From IMG/VR virus record IMGVR_UViG_3300048507_001022, positions 1-61,690 of that record: a stretch of 61,690 nt of DNA; one strand, given 5' to 3'. How positions within the stretch are numbered: the first letter of the stretch is position 1; the number at the start of each line of letters is the position of its first letter. The translations under genes and the position numbers were made by a program. The notes below the pieces were generated by a model, which saw nothing but the letters and a program-made list of their open reading frames with translations, was not told where the DNA came from and searched no databases. The stretch is from a virus (lineage: Duplodnaviria; Caudoviricetes). Below are positions 18,168 to 28,700 of this stretch, piece by piece.

Positions 18168-21100
18168 TTACAAGGTTAAAATTCCTACATCTTGATAGAT
18201 TGAAGTATTTTTATTATAAAAAAGAACCTTATTATCCGCGGTTCTACAAAACCCGAATTGATCTCTTGTAAGATTATAAAACCACTGACCAACAACATCC
18301 TCATTATTGTTTTTGGCTTGCATAGTAGTAGAATTTGTCCAATTCCAACCGTTTATATTAGTAGAGCTTGTGCCCCTAGTCCAGTAAGTAGTTGTTGACG
18401 ATGCAGAGGGTTTTTGTCCCGAATGAACTACTCTACATGTATATTTATAGGGATGCCAATCAACTTCGGAAACATAAACAATATCACCAACATTGTATTT
18501 TTTATCCTGACTCCACTCTTCCCCTTGAAAGGGAGGATGAAACCACATAGAGCCTTCCTGGGCGCTTGAACTATTAAAAATTATAAATACCCAACCTGAT
18601 ACTGAAGTTTTGAGAAAATTTTGAGCAAAAGCCCAACCTACTTCATTAAAAGCAGGAAAGTCCCCGCGTGTCATCTGAGAAGTGATATTGCTAGAGGTTG
18701 AAGCGTTTGGAGATAAATAAGCTGCAGTAGAGAACCAAGTGTTTTCGATCCATATTCCACCTGAAGATCCTTCTAAGCCTATATAAGCCGCTCCCTTTAC
18801 AGTTCTATTCCAAAATTCAGAATTATCATTTTTAAAGGGTTTTTGCCCCGAATGAACTACTCTACATGTATATAAATGAGCTGCCCAATAACCATTATCA
18901 TCTTCACCCCAATCAGTTTCAGAAACATAAACAATATCATTTTCATTATATGTTTTATATTGACTCCATTCTTCTCCTTTTCCAAAAAAATAACCACTTA
19001 AAAAATAGCCGCTATCACTTACAACACTTTTTATTTCTTCTCCATATATTCTTTTTATAGTTATAGGGTTTTCATCGCTATCATGAATAATTTTATTAAA
19101 AGTTCCACCTAGTATAACTTGATTACTTCCTCCTTCAATTTTATTAACCTGGCCAGCTCCAATGAAATTAGCTCCTTCATTTTCTTTATCATTATCAGGC
19201 ATTGAATTTTTATAGCCTGCGGCAATTGCAGAAAAATTATCATCACATTCATTTTTATAACCTGCACCTATAAAAGAAAATCGTCCTTCTATTTTGTTTT
19301 CTCCTCCACCTATAATTGCAGACGCTAATCCCTTATATGTAATTGGGCTCCTAGTCCAGTAAGTAGTTGTTGACGATGCAGAGGGTTTTTGCCCCGAATG
19401 AACTACTCTACATGTATATTCATAGGGCTGCCAATCAGCTTCGGAAACATAAACAACATCATCAACATTGTATTCTTTATCCTGATTCCATTCATTATGT
19501 ATAGTATTAGCAAATCCTCCTGCAATAAATGTGGCTTTTAAATTATTATTGACTGCTAGAAATGCTGACCAATCAATAGAGACGCTTCCAACAGCCGAAC
19601 TATCGGTTAGTAGTGTTCCATTAAAATCAACTGCGTTTAATTGTAATTGCTTGGTGGAACTGTCAAATCTTAAATATGAATTTAATCCATTCGCTATTTT
19701 CGCTCCTATATCAAAATAAACACTTTCTTCCTTTGTTCTAGCTAATAAAAATCCTGCAGTAGAATAGTCCTCGTTCCCCTGAGTTATAACGGCAGGAGGT
19801 CCATCTTCTGTATTGTATAATCCACCCTTAAATTTTGCAGATACAATAATTCCATCTTTTGCAGCGGTTAATTGATTTCCTCCTTCGCCAAGAGTTAATT
19901 TTTGTTGCACAAAAGCTTCTTTTGTTAATAATAATTCAGTGGCTACGCTAGAAAATTCAGCACCAAACTCTTTCCAATAATCTGAAGTAGACGAAGGAAT
20001 TTGTGCACTTGCAATACTAGTATCAGGCCCACTATCTTGAATAGCTATATAATATTTTAAAGTACCTTCATGATAAACAATATCACCTCTCCCAGGTTGA
20101 TTATTTGCAGCAACCGGATCTACAGCATAATAATTTTCGCCTTCTGAGTATTTACCTCTAAATGTTGGAGATCTACCTTCTTCTCCTTTATCTCCTTTTT
20201 TACTAAAAACGACTCCAGGAGTTAACCAATTTATAGTTGCATCTTCTTGATTTTTGTAACCATAAGCGACTCCAACTAGAACGCTAATTTCATCCGACGA
20301 ATCCAAACCTACAGGGCTCGATGTCCAGCCGCTATTGATATCATCACCGTGTATACTTAATGGGCTAGTATTTGACCCGTGATTAGAAAAATCGTATGTC
20401 GTGTCAGTACTAGGTGTTTCTGTAACGTCAAGAGTGCCTTGTTTATAAATATAAACTTCAGCTATAGCATCAGCGTCTACTCTAAATACCTCTCCTTCTG
20501 TTTCATTTCCGTCTTTATCTGTGGTGATTTTAATAGCCCATAAAAAACCGCCTTCGCCAGGAGGATCATTTTTCCAATTATCATCATATGATGGAGCCGT
20601 ATTAGTAGGTGTTGTTGTAAATTTGAGATTAACTGAAGAACCATTATCTCCGGGCGCTCCATCGCTAATTAAAGATATTGTTGTAGATGTTTCTATACTC
20701 GCACCAACTCCTGATGCATATAATATAACTGCAGACTCTGAATATGTATCGTATATATTATCAAAACCCGGATTTATTGAACTTGGAGAACTTATCTGAC
20801 ATTCAAACTCAGCATGTGCGATTTTTATATCTTGATCAGAAAAATCCTGAAAGCCATCCGTCGGATCATATGTAAAACCTGATATAGAATTATCGACTCT
20901 ATTCTCAAATTCATCATATGTAAAAACGCTTTGACCATTTGCTGTAGTCATTCTAAATCTAACATCTTCAGCAGATATATCACTATTTTGATATCGCGCA
21001 TAAATATCAATAGCTTCCTGGCTGTCAGGATTTAAATCACCATTTACATCTTCACTATAATAAAAATAAGAAGGTTCTGCACTTAAATTAATAAAAGTAT

Positions 21101-24100
21101 ATTCGCTTCCGTCTACTTGCCTTAGCTTACCTTCCAGTACTAACTCGTCATTATCAAAATATAATCGACCATCATCTGCGGCGAACACGAAACTACCATC
21201 ACCAGAAACAACAAAACCTTTACCGGTATCAGATAAACCCTGAAAACCATTACTTCTTATATTCCCTTCATTTCCAATTTGAATATCTTCAGCTCCAATT
21301 GTTCCTGCAGTAATTTTATCAGCAGTCAAATCATTAATTTTTGCACTAATAATTGCCGCATCAGCAATGTTTGCCGTTCCGATTAATGCGTTCGCAAAAA
21401 CATGAAAAACTGGAGTTGCAATTCCGCCTCTTGATCTAGCGATTATAAAATCTCCATCATCAAAACCAGCAACGCCATCTGTTCCATCGGATCCCGCTGG
21501 ATGAATTTCGCTAAATGAATATTGACTATCTCCAGAATTCCACCAAATATATCCGCTACCAGCATTACTTCCAGAAATTTCATAATAGTTTCCATTATGA
21601 AACAAAGTATGAGTATCCCAAGATACTTGACTCTCAATAGGAGTATTGTTTTTGAAAGGGTTATTGGGTTCTAAGGCTATAGTATTAGGAAAGCTATCTG
21701 TTAATGATAACTCAAAACCATCGATATCAGTAACATCCATTTGTCCTAGTTGTAACCTTAAACCTTCAACATTATCTCCTTCAAGATCCGCTTTACCAGT
21801 AAATGGACTTTTATTTCCTGCTTTATCTACAGCTCTAACCCAAAAGTAAGCTTCTTCATTACTTATGCCTTCTCTAGAAACCTGAGTTGAGTTTCCATTG
21901 GCTGCGACATTAAATATATTCACCGCATTTGTTATACCCTCAGCAGGATCAAGTTGTTCCAATGGAATATTGCCGAGACTCTGCAAATCTCCGAATATTC
22001 TTCTGAATCCATCTTTATTTGTTTCTTGAGTTAACGCAACATTAAGAGAATCAAAATATAAGTGATCGCTTTTCCCAGACCAAACCTCATAATGACTTAA
22101 ATCATTGGGAATATTTTTTAATAAATTAGTATTTTCTGAACCAGGAATCTGCCAAGATAAAAAGAAATTCTCAAATGCAGTTCTTCCTTCAAAATTAACA
22201 ACTGGGCCAGGAATATCGTCTGAGGTAGTTCTAATGACTGGTCCGGCAGGAGCAGAAGGGTCTTGGGTATTAAAATTTTTAGGATAAACTAATACTTTAT
22301 TATTAATTGAGTATAAGTCTCCAGACCCAAAGTCATCAAAAGGTAATATCTTGTAATAATAACCTGTAATTTGTTCATCTCCATTCTCAACTGGTATAGG
22401 AGGAGTATCAACAATCTCCGTAATATTATCTCCAAATGTAGCATCTCCAGCTCCCAATAATACTTTAACAAGAGATCCGCCTTCTTCTACATTAGATAAT
22501 GCTAATCCATCAGATCCAGTGATATCGAATTGACGTTCACTTGACCTATACAAATGAACTTTTGTTGTTTTTTCGCGCAAACCAAATGCATAGTTAAAAT
22601 CAAATTTAACTTTACCAGCTTCACTCAAACTATCAACCTTAAAACCTGCATCCAATATACTAGGCTCAGGATTCCTGCCTACAATTTTTTGTACATCTAA
22701 AACTTCACCATCACTAGATATAATACCAACCTCAAGACCAACACTTCTTTTTCCGCTCTCATTAATACCTACATGACCAAAAACAAAATCATTATATTCA
22801 TCATTTAATTCCCAAAATGGCATCCATTGAGAATTAATATAATCAGAATTTATTTCTTGCGGTGAAGTTGTAGAAGCTATAATAGGAGCTCCTGTAGGAT
22901 TAAAGTCTAGACACTGATATACAGCTTCGTTATGATAGATTTTATCGCCAGGCTGATTTTCGCTGAAAAAATCTACGCCACCAATATTGTTTGCCCAATA
23001 ATTAGAAGCAAAAGCAGAAGTAGAAGGAGTTACCGCTCCTGCATCAGTATCAGGCCCACTAGCACCAACCCCACTCCATATATCATTATTATACACAACA
23101 AGACTTCCTGTATTAAATTCGTCTTGATTATTCCAATTTCGTAAATCTGGATATTGATAACCAGAAGCATACAAGTCAAAAAATGATAAATTTTCTGGAG
23201 TTTTAATCGGCCAATTTTCTACCGCAGGAATAGAATTAATAGAAGACCCAGGAGATTCATAGTAAGCGCACTCTATATCAAAAAATGGAGACAATAATTT
23301 CCATCTTCTTCTGTTAGTGCCAGGAGCAACAACATCTGCAGAACTTTGATATACTAAATTTTGATATATACCATTTGAGTATAATACAATATCACCAATA
23401 GCATAATTATTATTACTATCATATTGCCTTATCCTACTATCAGTTGGAGCTATAACAATATCGCCCAATGAATATATTGTATTATAATTAAATAAACCTC
23501 TAACAGAAGTAGAAGTCGGGCCAAAAGTTTGATTGGTTACATAAAGTTCATCATTATATTCAAAAACATCAGCCCAAGGAGCGCTTGAATTATTATAATA
23601 AGTTTCGCTCGGATTCCAAGACTCGTAAGATGGTTTAACATAAGCTGAATCACCTTGTCCTCCCCCAACATTTGTTCCATTCCATTTGGTTAATGCATGA
23701 CGTTTCCAACCATCATTAGTGTTAACGTATAAATAATTTAAATCATAATCAATTTCACCAACTACAGCTTCTTTACTTAAATCAGCATCAGCTAAAGGTA
23801 TTTTAAGCCAAGAAGTTGTTTGTTTGCATATATAAAAATAATCATCATCAAAATCAGTATCACCCAAATACGAAGATGTTCGCGTTACTGTTGCTGCTCC
23901 AATTCTACGCCAAGTATTCGCGGCAACACATAAATAATAATAATTATCATCTACCGCAAAAGATCCAGGATAACCATGATATTGATCATCAGGTGGAACA
24001 TCATTATCACCAATAACAGGTATACCATCAACAACATTATACAAAAATCCATCACCACCTATAACAAAATCACCATAAGAATATACCCCCGTGTCTTTAA

Positions 24101-25754
24101 AATATTCCCAACCCTCTGGATATCCCCTGCTTTTAAATATTTCATTATTTAGGTTTCTTGTAAATTCAAAATGATCAAATACTTTTGTCGTGGGCAAACC
24201 ATAAGCAACGAATTCGTTACCTTGCTCATCAATTGTTTTTGTTCGCGATTTATCTCCCTCGGTAATACCAGTTAAAAATAAATCTGTATCATTATTATAT
24301 AAATGACCACTAATACCCAAAACAGAAGGAATATCATTAGATGTAAATGCAACTCTATACTGTTCTAAATCAACAACATTACCATCTTGATCTAAAATAT
24401 CCCAATCAAAAACTAAATCATCTTTTCTTTCTCTATATCTTAGATTAGAAATATTGATTTCGGGACTTAATGCATATAATTCCCTAAACTCTCCTGTATC
24501 AGTAGAGTCAACAGCTCCACCTTCAGTTAGATTAAACACTTCTCCAGGACCAAAATCATCTACAGCCTGAAATGTATAATAATAAGAATACCCCCAAACC
24601 TGAGGAATTTCTATTGATTGCTCGAAAGATGTATATTCATTATATTGAAACTGGTAATATTCGCCAATTTCAGTCCAGTAAGTTGTATTTGTTGGTAATT
24701 TCTGACTTGAAGTTGTAGTATGATCTTGTATACATTTATACAAAAGGCCTTGATACTCAACTTTTTCTCCAGAAGCATATTCTATATTTGGAACATTACT
24801 CCAGTTTATTGCGTCTTCGCACTCTTGCAGATATTCTCTGCTACTTTGTAGATCTTCTGGATATTCTAAAGTTTGAGAGCTAGGAATAGCAAGAGTATTT
24901 ATATTAATAGCAACAAAATCCGCAGTATTTATATCCCACGAAAATGCAGCATTTATTCCATTAAGTGAATAAGCTACAGATTCTGGTTCTGGCGCAAAAT
25001 TAATTCCAGATAATATACCTGTTGAAGTATTACCATTTATATCATGAGCAACAATTTCAAAAGAAACTTCTCTTCCAAAATTAAGATTATCATCATTAAA
25101 TATTTGAGGAGTTAAATTAAAATTAAAATTTCTATAATTATTTAATTCGCCAGTTACATTACTGGTTCGAAGATAACCTTGTAAGGATGTCGAGTTTGAT
25201 AAATTAGTATCACTTACAACAACTCCGTTTTCACCTGTTTTAATAGAGATTGAAAAATGATCAAAGAAAGTATCATTTAATAATTCAGAAGTAACAACCT
25301 TACCTTCTAAAGCGTGACCAGGAGGTGGAGACAAAGACCATGCCAAGTTAATATTTTTTCCGGGATACTGCGAGAATACAACTAAATCATCACCAACACC
25401 AGTAGGAGCTTCAATTATTTCTGACGTTAGAGCGGGATCCTCTCTTGCATTAGTAACCTCTAAAGTCGCAAACGTAAATGTTCCATTAAACTCTGGAGGA
25501 TTAACAATTAAAGTTCCTTCGATAAAATCTGATCGAATACCAATATCACTAACAGCAAATATGCGAACATCAAATTCTCCATAATTGCCTTCTAAAGAAA
25601 TAACTCTTTGAGCGGTTTCTCCTTCAAACCCAACAAGATCACTACCTTTTCCGAGTTTATACTGAAAAGAATAATTGTCAGATGAACCCAATACCTCATA
25701 ATTAGCATCAAGATCATTGACGTCAAATTGAATACCTATTGCTGTCGACTTCAT
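18168..25754 (-). CDS. giant tail fibre / host-specificity protein (J C-terminal-like part)
   Basis: FN3-like strands (YFWVRAVDKAGNKS), IGTANIADAAIISAKINDLTADKITAGTI, many W..Y..GD.V.Y...Y.C...YW modules, collagen-like KGDKGEEG, Gly-rich beta-solenoid repeats. Confidence 0.8.
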   Translation of the reverse strand: MKSTAIGIQFDVNDLDANYEVLGSSDNYSFQYKLGKGSDLVGFEGETAQRVISLEGNYGEFDVRIFAVSDIGIRSDFIEGTLIVNPPEFNGTFTFATLEVTNAREDPALTSEIIEAPTGVGDDLVVFSQYPGKNINLAWSLSPPPGHALEGKVVTSELLNDTFFDHFSISIKTGENGVVVSDTNLSNSTSLQGYLRTSNVTGELNNYRNFNFNLTPQIFNDDNLNFGREVSFEIVAHDINGNTSTGILSGINFAPEPESVAYSLNGINAAFSWDINTADFVAININTLAIPSSQTLEYPEDLQSSREYLQECEDAINWSNVPNIEYASGEKVEYQGLLYKCIQDHTTTSSQKLPTNTTYWTEIGEYYQFQYNEYTSFEQSIEIPQVWGYSYYYTFQAVDDFGPGEVFNLTEGGAVDSTDTGEFRELYALSPEINISNLRYRERKDDLVFDWDILDQDGNVVDLEQYRVAFTSNDIPSVLGISGHLYNNDTDLFLTGITEGDKSRTKTIDEQGNEFVAYGLPTTKVFDHFEFTRNLNNEIFKSRGYPEGWEYFKDTGVYSYGDFVIGGDGFLYNVVDGIPVIGDNDVPPDDQYHGYPGSFAVDDNYYYLCVAANTWRRIGAATVTRTSSYLGDTDFDDDYFYICKQTTSWLKIPLADADLSKEAVVGEIDYDLNYLYVNTNDGWKRHALTKWNGTNVGGGQGDSAYVKPSYESWNPSETYYNNSSAPWADVFEYNDELYVTNQTFGPTSTSVRGLFNYNTIYSLGDIVIAPTDSRIRQYDSNNNYAIGDIVLYSNGIYQNLVYQSSADVVAPGTNRRRWKLLSPFFDIECAYYESPGSSINSIPAVENWPIKTPENLSFFDLYASGYQYPDLRNWNNQDEFNTGSLVVYNNDIWSGVGASGPDTDAGAVTPSTSAFASNYWANNIGGVDFFSENQPGDKIYHNEAVYQCLDFNPTGAPIIASTTSPQEINSDYINSQWMPFWELNDEYNDFVFGHVGINESGKRSVGLEVGIISSDGEVLDVQKIVGRNPEPSILDAGFKVDSLSEAGKVKFDFNYAFGLREKTTKVHLYRSSERQFDITGSDGLALSNVEEGGSLVKVLLGAGDATFGDNITEIVDTPPIPVENGDEQITGYYYKILPFDDFGSGDLYSINNKVLVYPKNFNTQDPSAPAGPVIRTTSDDIPGPVVNFEGRTAFENFFLSWQIPGSENTNLLKNIPNDLSHYEVWSGKSDHLYFDSLNVALTQETNKDGFRRIFGDLQSLGNIPLEQLDPAEGITNAVNIFNVAANGNSTQVSREGISNEEAYFWVRAVDKAGNKSPFTGKADLEGDNVEGLRLQLGQMDVTDIDGFELSLTDSFPNTIALEPNNPFKNNTPIESQVSWDTHTLFHNGNYYEISGSNAGSGYIWWNSGDSQYSFSEIHPAGSDGTDGVAGFDDGDFIIARSRGGIATPVFHVFANALIGTANIADAAIISAKINDLTADKITAGTIGAEDIQIGNEGNIRSNGFQGLSDTGKGFVVSGDGSFVFAADDGRLYFDNDELVLEGKLRQVDGSEYTFINLSAEPSYFYYSEDVNGDLNPDSQEAIDIYARYQNSDISAEDVRFRMTTANGQSVFTYDEFENRVDNSISGFTYDPTDGFQDFSDQDIKIAHAEFECQISSPSSINPGFDNIYDTYSESAVILYASGVGASIETSTTISLISDGAPGDNGSSVNLKFTTTPTNTAPSYDDNWKNDPPGEGGFLWAIKITTDKDGNETEGEVFRVDADAIAEVYIYKQGTLDVTETPSTDTTYDFSNHGSNTSPLSIHGDDINSGWTSSPVGLDSSDEISVLVGVAYGYKNQEDATINWLTPGVVFSKKGDKGEEGRSPTFRGKYSEGENYYAVDPVAANNQPGRGDIVYHEGTLKYYIAIQDSGPDTSIASAQIPSSTSDYWKEFGAEFSSVATELLLTKEAFVQQKLTLGEGGNQLTAAKDGIIVSAKFKGGLYNTEDGPPAVITQGNEDYSTAGFLLARTKEESVYFDIGAKIANGLNSYLRFDSSTKQLQLNAVDFNGTLLTDSSAVGSVSIDWSAFLAVNNNLKATFIAGGFANTIHNEWNQDKEYNVDDVVYVSEADWQPYEYTCRVVHSGQKPSASSTTTYWTRSPITYKGLASAIIGGGENKIEGRFSFIGAGYKNECDDNFSAIAAGYKNSMPDNDKENEGANFIGAGQVNKIEGGSNQVILGGTFNKIIHDSDENPITIKRIYGEEIKSVVSDSGYFLSGYFFGKGEEWSQYKTYNENDIVYVSETDWGEDDNGYWAAHLYTCRVVHSGQKPFKNDNSEFWNRTVKGAAYIGLEGSSGGIWIENTWFSTAAYLSPNASTSSNITSQMTRGDFPAFNEVGWAFAQNFLKTSVSGWVFIIFNSSSAQEGSMWFHPPFQGEEWSQDKKYNVGDIVYVSEVDWHPYKYTCRVVHSGQKPSASSTTTYWTRGTSSTNINGWNWTNSTTMQAKNNNEDVVGQWFYNLTRDQFGFCRTADNKVLFYNKNTSIYQDVGILTL
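18375..19493 (-). repeat. three dispersed copies of a 145-170 bp CBM5/12-like module (18375-18521, 18804-18974, 19350-19493)
   Basis: Shared YTCRVVHSGQKP; outer copies differ at about 8 of 141 nt. Confidence 0.9.
23690..23980 (-). repeat. three tandem G..G....D..Y.Y.C....W.R protein repeats
   Basis: GYPGSFAVDDNYYYLCVAANTWRR / LGDTDFDDDYFYICKQTTSWLK / VGEIDYDLNYLYVNTNDGWKR. Confidence 0.75.
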
Positions 25755-28700
25755 TATTTTGTCAAATCAGTTAGTATTAAATTCTCTGGAGATTCAGGAA
25801 TCGCCATATCAGCTTGAGGAGGAATAGGCAGTACAGGTTTGCGGATAACGCCTTTTTTATCGACATTACTAAATTTAGCTTGGTTATACTCGAGTCCAGT
25901 AACTTCATATTTATTTTCAGAAACTTCCTTTACACTTATAGTTCTAAATAACTGACTCTGTAAATATCTCTGAATTGCGCTTTGCGGATTTTCAAGGTAA
26001 TTAACTTTTGCTTGATTACTTATAGTTATAGTAGAACTTGATGATGCATACTGAGATTGAGAATCAATTAATTCTATCATATTATCATTTACCTTAAGTA
26101 TCTTCCATTTCCCATCTATATTAGAATTTACGTCTTTTATTTCAACAGTTATATTGTTTTTTAATACAATTTGATGACCTTCAGTTAATTCTACCCTTAT
26201 TGCATTTTCTTGTTGCAATGAATCGTCGGCATCTATTTTAAATACGCTACTGATATCAGACGTTTTATAATAGAAAAAATCTGAACTCCCAATATCAAAG
26301 CTCTGGTTGTCCTCTCCAAGAGTTAAAGACGAAGGCTCATCTATTTCTGAATTAAATTTAAAAAAGTATCCTTGAGGAGAAGAACTACTATCAACAATAT
26401 AACCTACATATTTTTCACCAATAACATACTCAGATCCATTAGCAGCTGCATTAGTAAAATTATCATATATAAATATTTTACTTATATTAGATTTTTTTGC
26501 ATCATCATAATATATATAAACCCAGCCACTAGAATTATCATTTTTTTCATCATGTTTAAAAATGTACCAATATTCATTTTTTAATGTAGTGTTTGTATAA
26601 ACCCAGCCGATCGATGTAATATAAAACCAGATATCATCACCACTTTCTCTATCAGCAATTTCTTTAACATAAACCCAACTATGTAAACCCTGAACATAAA
26701 GCCATCCATTATTATCTGCATTAAAAACCAATCCAAAAATATCAGAAAAATTCCAAGATTCAGCTGCTGCTGGACTTAAACCTAAATTAGTTCTCTGATC
26801 TAGAGTTAAAGGTAGTTTTGATTTTGTTCCAATTATGCCTTTAATAGAATAAGTTGCACCTGCTTGAATTTGATCAACAGCTTCTTTTGTTTTTGTTTTA
26901 TCTTCCGGACATACAAAATGAATACCGCCGATATTGCCCAATCTATCTTTACCAATATCTGTTATATTAACAGGGGCACCATTTGAATTTTTAGAGACTT
27001 GAAACGTGCTTTTTGTAGCGTTGATTATATAATACGCGCTTGCGCTTATTCGATCAGGATCTAAACCTCCAGGAAGCTGTCCGTCTGAAACAAATCTTAC
27101 TCGATCTCCATCAACAAACTTATGATCGTATATAGAGAATTCATTTTTAGAAACTGATAATTGAAAATCTCTTTTTAGTAATAAATTTGAAACAATTGTT
27201 TTTTGACCGCTTCTTCCCTCAACCTCCAAACTAGGGTTGACAGATATCATGCCATCAAATCTTAATATTTGAGGAGCACTTACAGAAACTATTTCCGCGT
27301 CTTGATCTTGTTCAGATTTTTCAAATTTAGATCGCAGATCTATTCTTTCATAAGAAGAATTTGTTGAACCGGCGGTTATAGATATTTCTACTCTATCAAT
27401 TACGGGAGACTCTAAGATAAGTCTATCAATTAAAATAAAAGGGTCATCGATTTCTAAAGTATCAGTAATCTTTCTTTTATCAAATATACCTAAAACCCTA
27501 CCGCTATTAGATCGACCAGCCCTCATTTCATCAGATACTTCAAATATTGACCCAGGAAATAAATAAGAAGCTTCTTGACCCGCGGTGAATGTTATTGTTT
27601 CCGTTTCTAATTGTGAAGAAAAAAGCATCCATTTAGCTAGACGTCTTGCTTGACTAGATGAAGTTATACCAAATCCTAAAGTTTCATTCTCTTGATAGCC
27701 TAATTTTTGCATAGCTTCTGCGTCTTCTTCATATACAACGTCAGGCCTAAAGCCCTTATCCTTATTATTGAATCTAATTATAGAAGCCGTAAATTTTTTA
27801 TTTTTATGCATTCCTGAATACCTAAAACCTCCACCGATTATATTAGAATTTGTAAACAATTGAGAGGGATTTTTAAAAGAATCTTGAATAGATAATATTT
27901 TTCCAGCAGAATATGCTACGATGCCTCTAAATATAGAACACATAGAGTTCATTGCCTGCAACGCATCAGATCTGTCATGCATAAGTAGATTCGCAGAAAA
28001 TCTAGGTTCAACAACAGGATGATTGATTTGTACCGCGCAAGCTCCATATGTAGATCCATTTGATTGAGTCGCAGGATTACTACTAAACGATGGACCTGAA
28101 ATAGTAACCCTTTTATTCTCAGGGTCGCTATAATGCAATATCCTTTCTTCGATTAAAATCTCTCCAATTCGGAGTGCAGATTTCTTTTTTAATTGCGAAG
28201 CAGACACAGACCCCTGATGTATAAAAAATGCAATTTTTCTACCTCTGTATTCAGCTCCGTTACCAAATTCGTTTTCAAATTCTGCAGAAGAATAAGCTTT
28301 ATATGAAGATTGTCCACTCTCTTGAGTATTCCCAGATTTACTATAGTAAGAATTTCCATCGAGAATAATATCAAAATATTCGTCTGCTTCATTCATATTG
28401 TTGTCGGTAGAAAAACCTCTTGGAGCACCTGTAGATGTTTCAATTGGATAATCTGTTTCAACAAGTTCGTCGCAGTATTTAGCTATTTTGTATAATTGCC
28501 ACTTATCAATATTTGTTTCTTCAATTCCATATTTACCTAGTCCATATCTAGCATTATACAACATATCAAAAAATATCCAAGCAGGATTATCACTCCATAC
28601 TTTAAATTCATCAGATACAGCGTGAACTGATTGATCATCACTGTCTTGACCCTTGAATAAACCATCCCAAGGTCCATCATATTTTCTTGCTACAGGATCA

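Noticed and set aside
18375-19493. Diversity-generating retroelement TR/VR pair
   Set aside because: Mismatches are not confined to adenines of one copy, all copies are in-frame coding, and no reverse transcriptase is in the window
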